A DNA stretch of 64,000 nucleotides from Pseudomonadota bacterium (GTDB taxonomy: Bacteria; Myxococcota; JACRCW01; JAFGSX01): the NCBI GenBank assembly GCA_043821645.1, contig JBDRCO010000022.1:1676-65675 (forward strand), written 5' to 3'. The translations under genes were made by a program, and so were the position numbers. Of the stretch, positions 20,809 through 30,184 are shown piece by piece. Position 1 is the stretch's first letter; each line of letters starts with the position of its first letter. A model generated the notes under the pieces. That model saw only the letters and a program-made list of their open reading frames with translations, made no database searches and was not told the DNA's origin.

Positions 20809-21197
20809 ACCAGGTCTTCTTCGTGCTCTACGTCGACGATCAGGCGCGCAGCCGAACCTTCTACACGGCCGTGCTCGGCCAGGCCCCCGAGCTCGACGTG
20901 CCTGGCATGACCGAGTACAGGTTGGGCGAGAAGGTCGTGCTGGGCCTCATGCCCAACGCCGGAATACGGCGCCTGCTCGGCGACACCATACCCGATCCCG
21001 GCCTGGGCTCTGCCTACCCGCGCTGCGAGGTTTACCTGCTGCTCGACGATCTCGATGCAGCCGAGGCGCGCGCGCAGAACGCAGGTGCTCGACGGCTTGC
21101 GCCACGGGCGGCCAGGGACTGGGGCGACGACGTGTCGTACTGGCAGGATGGCGACGGGCATATCATCGGGCTGGCCAGGCGCAGCGCCCGGACTTGA
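20805..21197 (+). CDS. VOC/glyoxalase-family protein
   Basis: LYVDDQARSRTFYTAVLG, DVPGMTEY, RDWGDDVSYWQDGDGHIIGLA; ATGA overlap with the upstream gene. Confidence 0.9.
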   Translation: MNQVFFVLYVDDQARSRTFYTAVLGQAPELDVPGMTEYRLGEKVVLGLMPNAGIRRLLGDTIPDPGLGSAYPRCEVYLLLDDLDAAEARAQNAGARRLAPRAARDWGDDVSYWQDGDGHIIGLARRSART

Positions 21198-21330
21198 CCC
21201 CTTCTCGACCAACCGCCTCCCCATCAAGGCTGGTCTCGTCAGACATGCGATGCGTCACAGATGTGCAGGGCTGCACACGGCGCACACCTGCACACACCAC
21301 ATAACCCTCTGTTCTTGAACAACTTCTTCC

Positions 21331-21346
21331 TGGCACATGACCTGCA
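21331..21346 (+). promoter_or_regulatory. Putative sigma54 promoter
   Basis: TGGCAC-ATGAC-CTGCA (GG-N10-GC), ~45 nt before the ATG at 21391. Confidence 0.6.
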
Positions 21347-21390
21347 AACTCCGGGTCCGAGAGCGGACACCGCCCAGCAGGAGAAAGCCC

Positions 21391-22122
21391 ATGTCATGCC
21401 GACACGCAGCCAGGATCTCGGTGCTCACCTGCGCAACGCTGATGTTCGCGCTCGCAGGCTCCGCGCAGGCCGCCACACCCCTGCCCTTCGAGCTGCGTAG
21501 CGATCTTGCCCAGGACGGGTTGAACCAGGAGCACGCCGATGACGCCAGCGACGACGACAGCGGCGCCAGCCCCTACCTGCGCGGCACCCTGTTCGGCCTG
21601 GGCCAGCTGTCGCTGCAGTACGCGGCCCTGCTGGTCTACGACCCGGCCAACTGGCACGGCTACGGCAACTCGGCCACGCCCTCGCTGAGCAAGTTCGGCG
21701 ACAACTTCACGCGGCCGCCGGTGTTCGAGCCCGTGCGCTTCGGCGGCGGTGGACTGCTGGGCATCGCCCAGGCCGATGGCGATCCGTGGACCGTCAACGT
21801 GCTGGGCCACGGCGTGCAGGGCGCCGAGCTCTACCTGCGCCTGCGGCGCGAGGGCTTCGCGGCCAGCTCGTCCCTCATCGGCGGCGTGATCCAGTCCGTG
21901 GTGTGGGAGTACGGCTTCGAGGGCGTGCACGAGACGCCGTCCATGTGGGACCTGTTCTACACCCCGCTGGGTGGTGCGCTCCTCGGCGAGGCGCGCTACC
22001 GGGTGCTGCGCCTGGCCCGGGCGCGCAGCGGCGCTCCTGGCTTCCGCATGCTGACCTGGATCGCGGACCCCGTGGGCGAGCTCGACGCCCTGCTGAACAA
22101 GACGCTCTACGGTCGACGCTAA
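21391..22122 (+). CDS. DUF3943-like exported protein
   Basis: Signal peptide; DGDPWTVNVLGHGVQGA, WEYGFEG...PS..DL..TPLGGALLGE. Confidence 0.75.
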   Translation: MSCRHAARISVLTCATLMFALAGSAQAATPLPFELRSDLAQDGLNQEHADDASDDDSGASPYLRGTLFGLGQLSLQYAALLVYDPANWHGYGNSATPSLSKFGDNFTRPPVFEPVRFGGGGLLGIAQADGDPWTVNVLGHGVQGAELYLRLRREGFAASSSLIGGVIQSVVWEYGFEGVHETPSMWDLFYTPLGGALLGEARYRVLRLARARSGAPGFRMLTWIADPVGELDALLNKTLYGRR

Positions 22123-22157
22123 CCGCACATCGCGACGCCTCGCCAGGAGGCCATCGT

Positions 22158-23351
22158 TCAGCGACGCTTGCGCTCCAGCTCGGACAGGATCTCCTTGAGC
22201 TCGACCTCGGGCGGGTCGATGACCAGCACCGCATCGGTGGGCTCGTCCCTGGCGACGGACGGTCGCGGTACGGCGCTCGCCGGTCGGGGTCGAGAGGACG
22301 CGCGGTGGTGCGCGGGCGCCGGAGTGGTCGACTCCGCGGGGGTGGCGCGCAACTCGGCCGGGCGCTGCCAGCTGGTCCTGGCGTCGAGCCAGGCGCGGTA
22401 GCGCTCCCAGCTCCACATGCCATCGCTGGCACCGGTGTCGATGACGGAACCGAGCTTGAAGTACTGCTGCTGGCGGATGCAGGCCCGCGCCGCGGTGTTG
22501 CCGATCAAGATCTCGAGCTCGGGCACGCGCAGGTCCAGGTCCTCGTGGTAGCGCAGCCGCTGGCACACCACCGCCACCAGGCAATCGGCGAGCTGGGCCG
22601 AGATGCCGGCCTGGATCTCGGCGGGAAAGGCCAGCACCATGCGCTGTATCGCCTCGCCCACGCTCGACGAGTGCACCGTGGCCAGCACCAGGTGGCCGGT
22701 CTCGGCGGCATTGAGGGTCAAGCGCATGCACTCGGGATCGCGCATCTCGCCGACCATGATCACGTCGGGGTCCTGGCGCATGGCATCCAGCAGGGCCTGC
22801 TCGAAGCTCGGTGTGTCGCGCCCCACCTCGCGCTGGCGCACATAGGCCTGCTGGGGCACCAGGCAGTACTCCACAGGCTGCTCGATGGTGAGGATGTGGC
22901 GCGCCTCGGACGCGTTGATCTCCTGCAGCAGCGCGGCCATGGTGGTCGACTTGCCACAGCCCGTGGGACCGCTGACCAGCACCAGACCATGGGCGCGATG
23001 TGCGAGCCTGGCGAGATCAGGATGCAGGTTGAGGGCGTCGACCGTGGGCAGCACGCCGGGCAGGATGCGGATGGCCAGCCCCGCACCGCGACTGCTGTGC
23101 AGCGCATTGATGCGGCAGCGAACCCCGGCGACCGTGCGCGAGCTGTCATGAGACATGCGCTCGATGAACTCGGGCCAGGCGCGATTGCCCACGGCTTCCC
23201 GGACCAGGGCCTGGACAGTTTCTGGCGACAGCGGCTCGCCCGTGGTGCGCAGCTCCCCTCGACACCGCAGTGCCGGACGCAGGCCCGGCTCGACGTGCAC
23301 GTCCGAGGCGCCCGCGGACACAGCCTGGGAGATGAGCTCGTTGAGTAGCAT
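22158..23351 (-). CDS. PilT/PilU-family type IV pilus ATPase paralog
   Basis: ASDVH, GPTGCGKSTT, TIEQPVE, QREVG, RQDPDVIMVGEMRD, AETGHLVLATVH. Confidence 0.93.
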   Translation of the reverse strand: MLLNELISQAVSAGASDVHVEPGLRPALRCRGELRTTGEPLSPETVQALVREAVGNRAWPEFIERMSHDSSRTVAGVRCRINALHSSRGAGLAIRILPGVLPTVDALNLHPDLARLAHRAHGLVLVSGPTGCGKSTTMAALLQEINASEARHILTIEQPVEYCLVPQQAYVRQREVGRDTPSFEQALLDAMRQDPDVIMVGEMRDPECMRLTLNAAETGHLVLATVHSSSVGEAIQRMVLAFPAEIQAGISAQLADCLVAVVCQRLRYHEDLDLRVPELEILIGNTAARACIRQQQYFKLGSVIDTGASDGMWSWERYRAWLDARTSWQRPAELRATPAESTTPAPAHHRASSRPRPASAVPRPSVARDEPTDAVLVIDPPEVELKEILSELERKRR

Positions 23352-23674
23352 GCCATCCTCCGCGCGGTCAGCGCGCTGCACACCGACGCAAGCAGCGTGC
23401 CGAGCGCATGCACGAGCACGACAGGCTCGCGTGACCGTCCTGCTTCAGGCTACCAGGCGGACCACCCTCGGGCCCAGGCGGGCGGCAGGACGCGCTGGCA
23501 GGCGCGATCGCGGACTTGTGCACGCCGACGTCGCCGGGCCCCACAGATCCCTCGTGCCGCCGTCACCGGCGCGGGAGTCCGGACAGCTTGGCACAGAACG
23601 TCGCCGCGGCGCCTGGATCGGGACAACTTGTCAGGAGCGGCAGAGCAGGAGGTCGCCCGAGGTGGTCCACCCGT

Positions 23675-25312
23675 TCAGCGGAACTCGACCACACTCCAGT
23701 CGACCCGGGCATTGCCTGCGGCGCTGGCCCGATGAGCGGTCAGGTTGCTGCCATTGTCAGCGAGCTGGACGGTGAACCAGCCGGTTCCGATCACGTCGTC
23801 GGCCGTGTAGTCGGTCACACCCTGCCTCTGGTACGAGGGACAGAAGGCCAGCGCGCGACCCGGGGCCACTGCCTGGCTCAGCGTCGCGCTCCTGTCCTGC
23901 TGGCTACTGCTGAAACTGAGTGTGCCGTGCTGCGCGCGCAGGGCGTCCCACTCCACCAAATACCAGGTCATGCGCACCCCGAGGCCGGTCCCGGCGCGCT
24001 CGAAATACAGGCGGCTGGCGTTGTCTATCCTGCCGCTCACCAGCTGGTTGGCCAGCGTCCCCGAGCCGCTGAGCTGGTAGCTGAAGATGAGAAAGGCGTG
24101 GTCCGGGTCCGTGGCGGGCGCGAGGTCCACCGTGGTGTCGCTATCGCCGCTGCCCAGGCTGACGCTTCCGCTGCGCACCTGGCCACCGCTCGCGGGAAGA
24201 AACTCCACCACCTGCCAGTCGATCTCGCCGGGGTCGTTGCCCTGCACGCGCTCGAAGCGCAAGGTCTGGTCGTCGACAAAGGTCGCCTCGCGCCAGTCGT
24301 TGTCGTTGTAGTTGCCGCCTCCGAGATGAAAGCTGAACAGCGGAAACGCCCGGGCCGGGTCGATGGCCTGCCCGAGGGTGGCCGTGGTCACGACGGTGCC
24401 CGCCGCCGCGGACTCCGTGCCGCGCTGCACCTGTATGCCGTCGAGCTCGACCACGGTCCAGGCGAGATCCACCGTCACCGATGCCGAGGAGGATCCGCGC
24501 CGGAAGCGCACCGCCGTGCCTCCATTGACGAGCTGGCCACCGGTGTGACCATCGACAGGTTGGTTGCTGCTGGTGGTCGCGCTGAAGATGAGCAGGCTGC
24601 GGGTGGGATCCACTGCCGGGTTGAGCGGGAACGAGACCTCTGACGCGCTGCCGGAGATGCTGCCTGTGCCCTGGTGGTGCTGCAGCAGCACGCCGGGGAC
24701 CGCGGCATCGGGCTGCGCCGCATCGGCCCGGGCGACATCCGGAAGCGCCGCGTCGGCTTGAGCCGTGTCCGGCGGCGAGGCATCCGGCACGGCCGAGTCG
24801 GGCAGCGGGACGTCGAGCAGCGCATGGTCTGGCACCGCCGCGTCCATCACCACCACGTCCGGAGCGAAACCGTCCACCACCGCGCCATCTTCGACCGCGC
24901 TGTCCACGAAGGCGCTGTCTGGCCCACTGGCATCCCCGATGGCACCATCCAGCCTGGCTCCGTCGCTGCGCGCCCCGTCCCCTGCCGTGCTGTCGACGGA
25001 GGCGAGGTCCGCGGTGGAGGCCTCGGCGGGAATGGCATCGTGCGCCGGGCCATCCAGAGCGGCGCCGTCGCTCCGGCCGGCATCGCGCGTGGTGGCGGCA
25101 GCGTCGACCACGGAGCCCGCCACCACACACACCTTGTCGACGCAGCGAAAGCCCTGGACACAGCCCCGATCGTCCACACAGCCGAAACGCATCCCCTCGG
25201 TCACCGCGACGCCTGCGGGACAGGCTACCAGGCTCAGCACCCCGGAAAGAACCAGCGCGCCAGGCGAGCCACCGAGACGGGAGCCGTTCCTGTCACCGCG
25301 CGCGTTCCACAT
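23675..25312 (-). CDS. Surface lipoprotein: Cys motif, D-x4 linker, repeated beta-rich domains
   Basis: LSLVAC lipobox; C..D..C..GF.C....C; pentad D-repeats; three repeats ending W.VVEF/L. Confidence 0.75.
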   Translation of the reverse strand: MWNARGDRNGSRLGGSPGALVLSGVLSLVACPAGVAVTEGMRFGCVDDRGCVQGFRCVDKVCVVAGSVVDAAATTRDAGRSDGAALDGPAHDAIPAEASTADLASVDSTAGDGARSDGARLDGAIGDASGPDSAFVDSAVEDGAVVDGFAPDVVVMDAAVPDHALLDVPLPDSAVPDASPPDTAQADAALPDVARADAAQPDAAVPGVLLQHHQGTGSISGSASEVSFPLNPAVDPTRSLLIFSATTSSNQPVDGHTGGQLVNGGTAVRFRRGSSSASVTVDLAWTVVELDGIQVQRGTESAAAGTVVTTATLGQAIDPARAFPLFSFHLGGGNYNDNDWREATFVDDQTLRFERVQGNDPGEIDWQVVEFLPASGGQVRSGSVSLGSGDSDTTVDLAPATDPDHAFLIFSYQLSGSGTLANQLVSGRIDNASRLYFERAGTGLGVRMTWYLVEWDALRAQHGTLSFSSSQQDRSATLSQAVAPGRALAFCPSYQRQGVTDYTADDVIGTGWFTVQLADNGSNLTAHRASAAGNARVDWSVVEFR

Positions 25313-25326
25313 CGAGCACCCCAAGG

Positions 25327-26664
25327 CTAGAACAGCGGGAGGTACCGCCTCAGTTCGTAGTCGGTGACCTGGATGCGGTACTGATCCCACTCTATTTTCT
25401 TGTTGTGGATGAACTTGTCAAAGATGTGATCACCCAGGGTGTGGCGCAAGAACTCGCTCTGCTCGGCCTCGACGATGGCCTCGTACAGGTTGCCAGGGAG
25501 CTCGCCGATGCGCAGATCGCTGCGCTGCGCCGGGGTCATGGTAAAGATGTTGTCCTCGACCGACGAGGTCAGCTCCAGCGAGCGGTCGACGCCGTCGACA
25601 CCCGCGGCCAGCATGCAGGCAAAGGCCAGGTAGGGATTGCACACCGGATCCGGCGAGCGCAGCTCGCAGCGCGCCGAGGTCTCGCGGCCCACGCGCATCC
25701 GCGGCACGCGCACCAGGGCCGAGCGATTCTTCTGTCCCCACGAGACGTACACCGGCGCCTCGTAGCCCGGCACCAGGCGCTTGTAGCTGTTGACGGTCTG
25801 GTTGAGCACCAGGGTCATCTCGCGGATGTGGGTCAGCAGACCGGCGATGTAGGAGCGCGCCAGCGGCGACAGGTTGTAGTCGTCACTGGCGTCGAAGAAC
25901 AGGTTGTTCTCCTTGGTGAACAGGGACTGGTGCGTGTGCATGCCGCTGCCGTTCTGGCCGAACACAGGCTTGGGCATGAAGGTGGCGTAGGCATCGTGCT
26001 CGCGCGCGATCTCCTTCGCCATGAAGCGCACCAGCATGACGGTATCGGCCATGCGCAGCGCGTCCATGTAGCGCACATCGATCTCGTGCTGGCTGGGCGC
26101 CACCTCGTGGTGCGAGTACTCGCAGCGCACGCCCATGCTCTCGAGCGCCTTGACGGTCTTCTGCCGCAGCAAGGTGCCGCGGTTGATCAAGGAGGCATCG
26201 AAATAGCCAGTGCTGTCGAAGGGTTGCAGACCCTCGGGGCTGGCGAAGTAGAAGTACTCGAGCTCGGCGCCCACGTTCATGTGCCAGCCGCGCTGGGCGA
26301 TCTCCTCGAGCTTGCGCTTGAGCACGTGGCGCGTGTCGCCCGGATAGGGCAGGCCCTCGGGGGTGAGCAGGTCGCAGAACATGTGCGCGCGGCGCTCGCC
26401 GCCGGCGCCGCCGGGCATCTCGGCGAAGGTCGCGGGATCGGGCATGGCCATCAGGTCGCTCTCGTGGATGCGCGCGAAGCCCTCCACCGACGAGCCATCG
26501 AAGCCCACACCCTGCTCCAGGGCATCCTCGAGTTCGCTGCGCGCGATCTCCACGCCCTTGAGCTGGCCGATGATGTCGGTGAACCAGACCCAGATGCCGG
26601 TGATGCCGCGCTCGCGCACCTTGCGGAGAACATTCTCCTTCTGCTCCTGGCGGGTGTCGGTCAT
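25327..26664 (-). CDS. glnA: Glutamine synthetase family protein (GSI-alpha-like)
   Basis: FTDIIG, FDGSSVEGF, HHEVAPSQHE, TFMPKP, NGSGMH, SYKRLVPGYEAP, NRSALVR, ELRSPD. Confidence 0.93.
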   Translation of the reverse strand: MTDTRQEQKENVLRKVRERGITGIWVWFTDIIGQLKGVEIARSELEDALEQGVGFDGSSVEGFARIHESDLMAMPDPATFAEMPGGAGGERRAHMFCDLLTPEGLPYPGDTRHVLKRKLEEIAQRGWHMNVGAELEYFYFASPEGLQPFDSTGYFDASLINRGTLLRQKTVKALESMGVRCEYSHHEVAPSQHEIDVRYMDALRMADTVMLVRFMAKEIAREHDAYATFMPKPVFGQNGSGMHTHQSLFTKENNLFFDASDDYNLSPLARSYIAGLLTHIREMTLVLNQTVNSYKRLVPGYEAPVYVSWGQKNRSALVRVPRMRVGRETSARCELRSPDPVCNPYLAFACMLAAGVDGVDRSLELTSSVEDNIFTMTPAQRSDLRIGELPGNLYEAIVEAEQSEFLRHTLGDHIFDKFIHNKKIEWDQYRIQVTDYELRRYLPLF

Positions 26665-26906
26665 GCTGCCTCCTGGGGTCGAGAGAACATCGCGCGCTCT
26701 CGCCGAGTCACGGGTCCCTGGCGACGGGGCCTCTCCCCCTCGACCTCGATGCGATGGCCCTGACCTGCGCGTCGTGGAACGCCGGGCGTGACCTCGAGGC
26801 TGCCGCTCGGCGCGATCTCGCTCTCGTCGGCGCGAGCTGGCAAGTGCAATCGAGGTCAGCGTGAAGCTGCAACCAAGGGTCGTGGTGGCCTGGCAGCGTC
26901 GCCGCC

Positions 26907-28031
26907 TCAGCGCGACGTGTCAGGGGCGGCTGTTTCCCCCAGGCGCTGCAGCTCGCGGATGGCGTCGGCCAGCTCTGTCGGCGCGCGGGCCGAGACCTTG
27001 TCGAGCAGGGCATGCAGGGGCCGCTGGCCCAGCACCGCGGCCTCCAGACCTTCAAGGGCGGACATCGCCGCCTGCTGTGGGGCCGGATCCGCATGCTGCA
27101 GCAAGGCCTGTAGCACGGCCAGCGCGTCCTGGTGCGAGGACTCCAGGCGCAGCAAGGCGCAGGCCGCATGGGCCCGCACCTCGGGACTCGGATCCTCGAG
27201 CCGGGCACACAGACCGGCACGAACAGGCGCCGAGGTATCGCCGAGGGCGCCCGAACACGCCGTGGCCTCCAGCCGCGTCGCCGCGTCGTCACTGGACATG
27301 GCCTGGAGCAACACGTCGTCTATCGCGGCCAGGCCCTCGGGCTGGGCTTGTCCCTCGGTCCGGGCCTCTTCGAGGAGGCCACGCAAGGCCGTGAGTGCCT
27401 GGTAGCGCCGGGGGCCCTGGGCAACCCGAGCGACGTCCAGCAGCGCAGGTGCGACCACCTCCACCGCTAGGGGAGCCAGCGCACACAGCGACAGCAGAGC
27501 CGCATCCCCCACACCCGTATGGCTGTCCGCCAGCGCGTCCACCAGCGAGCCACACAGGGGAGCAGCGTCCTCGCCGACCCTTCCCAGCGCACCTGCTGCG
27601 GCCCGGCGCGGTCCCGGATGCTCGTGACGCAGCGCGGCTTCCACCGCGGCAAGCTGACCCGGGGCTTCGCGGCACACACTGGCGAGCAGCAAAGCTGCAT
27701 CCTCCACCGCGGGCGCTTCGGCATCGAGATGGGGCAGGGCGTCAAGCACGGCCTGCACCGCACGCTCCGCCAGGGCCGGAGAGGTTGGGAACCAAGAAGC
27801 CTGCAACAGGTGCAGTGCCTCGGCGGTGAGTGCTGGCTGATCCCGGCCCAGGGCACGCAGCAAGAGCTCGGCCGCCCGGTCTCGCAGCGCCTCGTCCATC
27901 GAGGCCAGAGAGGCTCCGAGAGCCTCGCGCGCGCGCTCCGCCACGTCCGCCTGGGGGCTCAGGAGTTGTGGTAGCCACCCGTCCAGGGGCAGAGCCATTT
28001 GCATGGGTGGTCGGTCGCGGGGATCGGGCAT
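26907..28031 (-). CDS. HEAT-repeat protein
   Basis: Repeated L.D....VR..AA.AL units. Confidence 0.8.
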   Translation of the reverse strand: MPDPRDRPPMQMALPLDGWLPQLLSPQADVAERAREALGASLASMDEALRDRAAELLLRALGRDQPALTAEALHLLQASWFPTSPALAERAVQAVLDALPHLDAEAPAVEDAALLLASVCREAPGQLAAVEAALRHEHPGPRRAAAGALGRVGEDAAPLCGSLVDALADSHTGVGDAALLSLCALAPLAVEVVAPALLDVARVAQGPRRYQALTALRGLLEEARTEGQAQPEGLAAIDDVLLQAMSSDDAATRLEATACSGALGDTSAPVRAGLCARLEDPSPEVRAHAACALLRLESSHQDALAVLQALLQHADPAPQQAAMSALEGLEAAVLGQRPLHALLDKVSARAPTELADAIRELQRLGETAAPDTSR

Positions 28032-28131
28032 CGGTCACCTGCCGTATTTTTGCCAGCCACACGCACCATGGGGGGTGAGGTAGCGAGAATGTCTACATGT
28101 CGTACCCGTCGAGTCAACCCAGGAGCCAGTC

Positions 28132-28887
28132 ATGAGCAGTTACACCGTTCGCTCTGGCGACAATCTGTCTACCCTGGCCCGCCGCTACGGCACCACGGTC
28201 AACGCGCTGGCCCGCGCCAACAAGATAAAGAATCCCAACCTGATCCGGGTCGGCCAGAAGCTGAACATCCCTGGCAAGACGGACAGCTACACGAAACCAG
28301 CCAGCACCTCCAAGGCCCGGCCAGCGTCCAGCTACACCGTGAAGCGCGGAGACACGCTCTCGGGCATCGCGGCGCGGAATGGCACCTCGGTCGATGCGCT
28401 GGTGCGCGCCAACAACATCCGCAACCCCAACGTGATCAGCGTCGGGCAGCGGCTGACCATCCCCGGCCGCTCCGCAAGCAGCTCGGCCGCGAGTGCCCCC
28501 ACCGCGAGCCCGACCAGCGCCAATGCCAAGATGCAGAACCTGGCCAAGGTGGCACGCGGCGTGGCCAGCAAGATGAACTCCCGCGGCTGGTGTGCCCGGG
28601 GTGTGTTTGATTCGCTGCAAAAGGCGGGCATGGCCATCCCGCGCTCTCCTTCGGCTTACATGGCGGCCAGCACCCTGGCCCGGGACCCCCGCTTCCGCGA
28701 GGTCAAGCTGACCGATGCGCAGATCCGCAAGCTGCCGCCCGGCGCCATCGTGGTGAGCGCCGCCTACAACTCGCCCGGCAACCCGCACGGCCACATTGCC
28801 ATCACCCTCGGCAACGGCATGGAAGCCAGCGATCACATCGGCCAGCTCGGGCTCAACGGCACCCAGCGTGTCTTCCTGCCTCGCTGA
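28132..28887 (+). CDS. 2x LysM protein with Cys/His (CHAP/NlpC-like) C-terminal domain
   Basis: [32 protein letters not shown] twice; GWCARGV...PHGHIAI. Confidence 0.88.
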   Translation: MSSYTVRSGDNLSTLARRYGTTVNALARANKIKNPNLIRVGQKLNIPGKTDSYTKPASTSKARPASSYTVKRGDTLSGIAARNGTSVDALVRANNIRNPNVISVGQRLTIPGRSASSSAASAPTASPTSANAKMQNLAKVARGVASKMNSRGWCARGVFDSLQKAGMAIPRSPSAYMAASTLARDPRFREVKLTDAQIRKLPPGAIVVSAAYNSPGNPHGHIAITLGNGMEASDHIGQLGLNGTQRVFLPR

Positions 28888-29006
28888 TCCCGCCAGGACC
28901 GCGACGCCCGCCCCACCCCGTCTCCCTGGTACCACGACACTCCCTGTCACTTTCCTGTCGGGTACCTCGTGGACTGTTCCGCCAGGGGTGCGCTAAGGTC
29001 CGTGCC

Positions 29007-30176
29007 ATGGCGAGTCCTGCGCACCTCCTGGCCGGTCGGCCCATACATTTCCCCTTCCTGTCGGGGATCTTCGAGTATGACTGCGCGTCCTGCAGCGCGC
29101 CCTGCTGCCGCGGAGCTACCCTGGGCATAGGCCGCAGCCGCGAGCTGGTGGCGCTGCTGTCCATCTCGCCGTCGCTGGCACTGTTCGCGGCGCCGGACTT
29201 CACGGGCTCCCCCCTGCCCAGCATCCAGGGACCCGTCGACGCCTGCTGGTTCCTCGACAGCCGCCATCGCTGCCGCCTCGAGTGGGCGGTGGGACGCGAC
29301 ACCAAGCCCGGCACCTGCCGGCTGTTCCCCTTCCATCAGCTGCGGCTGGCCGGCGAGCACCTCGTCGTCATGCCGCACTTCCTGTGTCCGATCACGGTCT
29401 CCGACGGACCGCGCGCCAGTGGCATGACCAGCTATGACGAGATCTGTCTGGAGATGCACCGCGCCGGGGTGCCTCGCGACGGCCATCCGCGCCTGGCGCG
29501 GCCGCCGGACATGAGCTGGGACGAGGCCTTGCCGCTGGAAAGGCAGGTGCGCAAGCTCTCGCTGCGCCACCTCGAGGCCACCAGCTACCTGGACTTTGCC
29601 CAGGAGCAGGACTTCGTCACCCACGGGGTGCTGGGGCAAACCCTGGCAGCGGGCGGGTGCGACAGGCTTCACGACCGCATCGCGTCCCTGCTCGGTCTCA
29701 CCCGCGAGCTGTCGCCGCGCACAGTCCTCGACCTGGTCGCCCTGACGCCCTATCTGCGCATGCGGGGTGGCGAGGTGGCGCGCCGGTCCTTGCCGTCGGT
29801 GCTGGTGGCCCTGGCCGCCGTGCTCGCCGCCCTGGAGTCCATCCCGGGGACCCGCATGAGCGCCCGCACCGTGGTGCAGGTGTTCGAGCATCGACTGCCG
29901 CTGCTGTTCGTGCTCGGGCACCTCAACGAGACACCGGGGCTGCAATCCGGCTTCTCGGCGGACCAGCTGCTGCGCGGCATGCCGAGCTTCACCCATGCCT
30001 TCGCGCGCATGCTCAAGGAGATCGAGCTCAACGGATCCCGCCGCCAGCCACGCAGCCTGGGCCAGATCATCGAGAGCGATCCCGACTTGCAGAGGCCCCT
30101 TCGTCCCGAGATGGTGAGCGCGCTGTGGCGCCTGGGTCGCTACCTGGCCGACGCAGGCACCTTCGATCTCGGCTGA
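29007..30176 (+). CDS. YkgJ-like Cys-cluster protein with long C-terminal extension
   Basis: YDCASCSAPCC...CWFL...CRL...KPGTCRLFPF. Confidence 0.75.
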   Translation: MASPAHLLAGRPIHFPFLSGIFEYDCASCSAPCCRGATLGIGRSRELVALLSISPSLALFAAPDFTGSPLPSIQGPVDACWFLDSRHRCRLEWAVGRDTKPGTCRLFPFHQLRLAGEHLVVMPHFLCPITVSDGPRASGMTSYDEICLEMHRAGVPRDGHPRLARPPDMSWDEALPLERQVRKLSLRHLEATSYLDFAQEQDFVTHGVLGQTLAAGGCDRLHDRIASLLGLTRELSPRTVLDLVALTPYLRMRGGEVARRSLPSVLVALAAVLAALESIPGTRMSARTVVQVFEHRLPLLFVLGHLNETPGLQSGFSADQLLRGMPSFTHAFARMLKEIELNGSRRQPRSLGQIIESDPDLQRPLRPEMVSALWRLGRYLADAGTFDLG

Positions 30177-30184
30177 GGTCTGAT

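Noticed and set aside
29657-30184. Long N-terminal extension of the hflX ORF
   Set aside because: Overlaps the upstream gene in another frame and has shadow-ORF composition.
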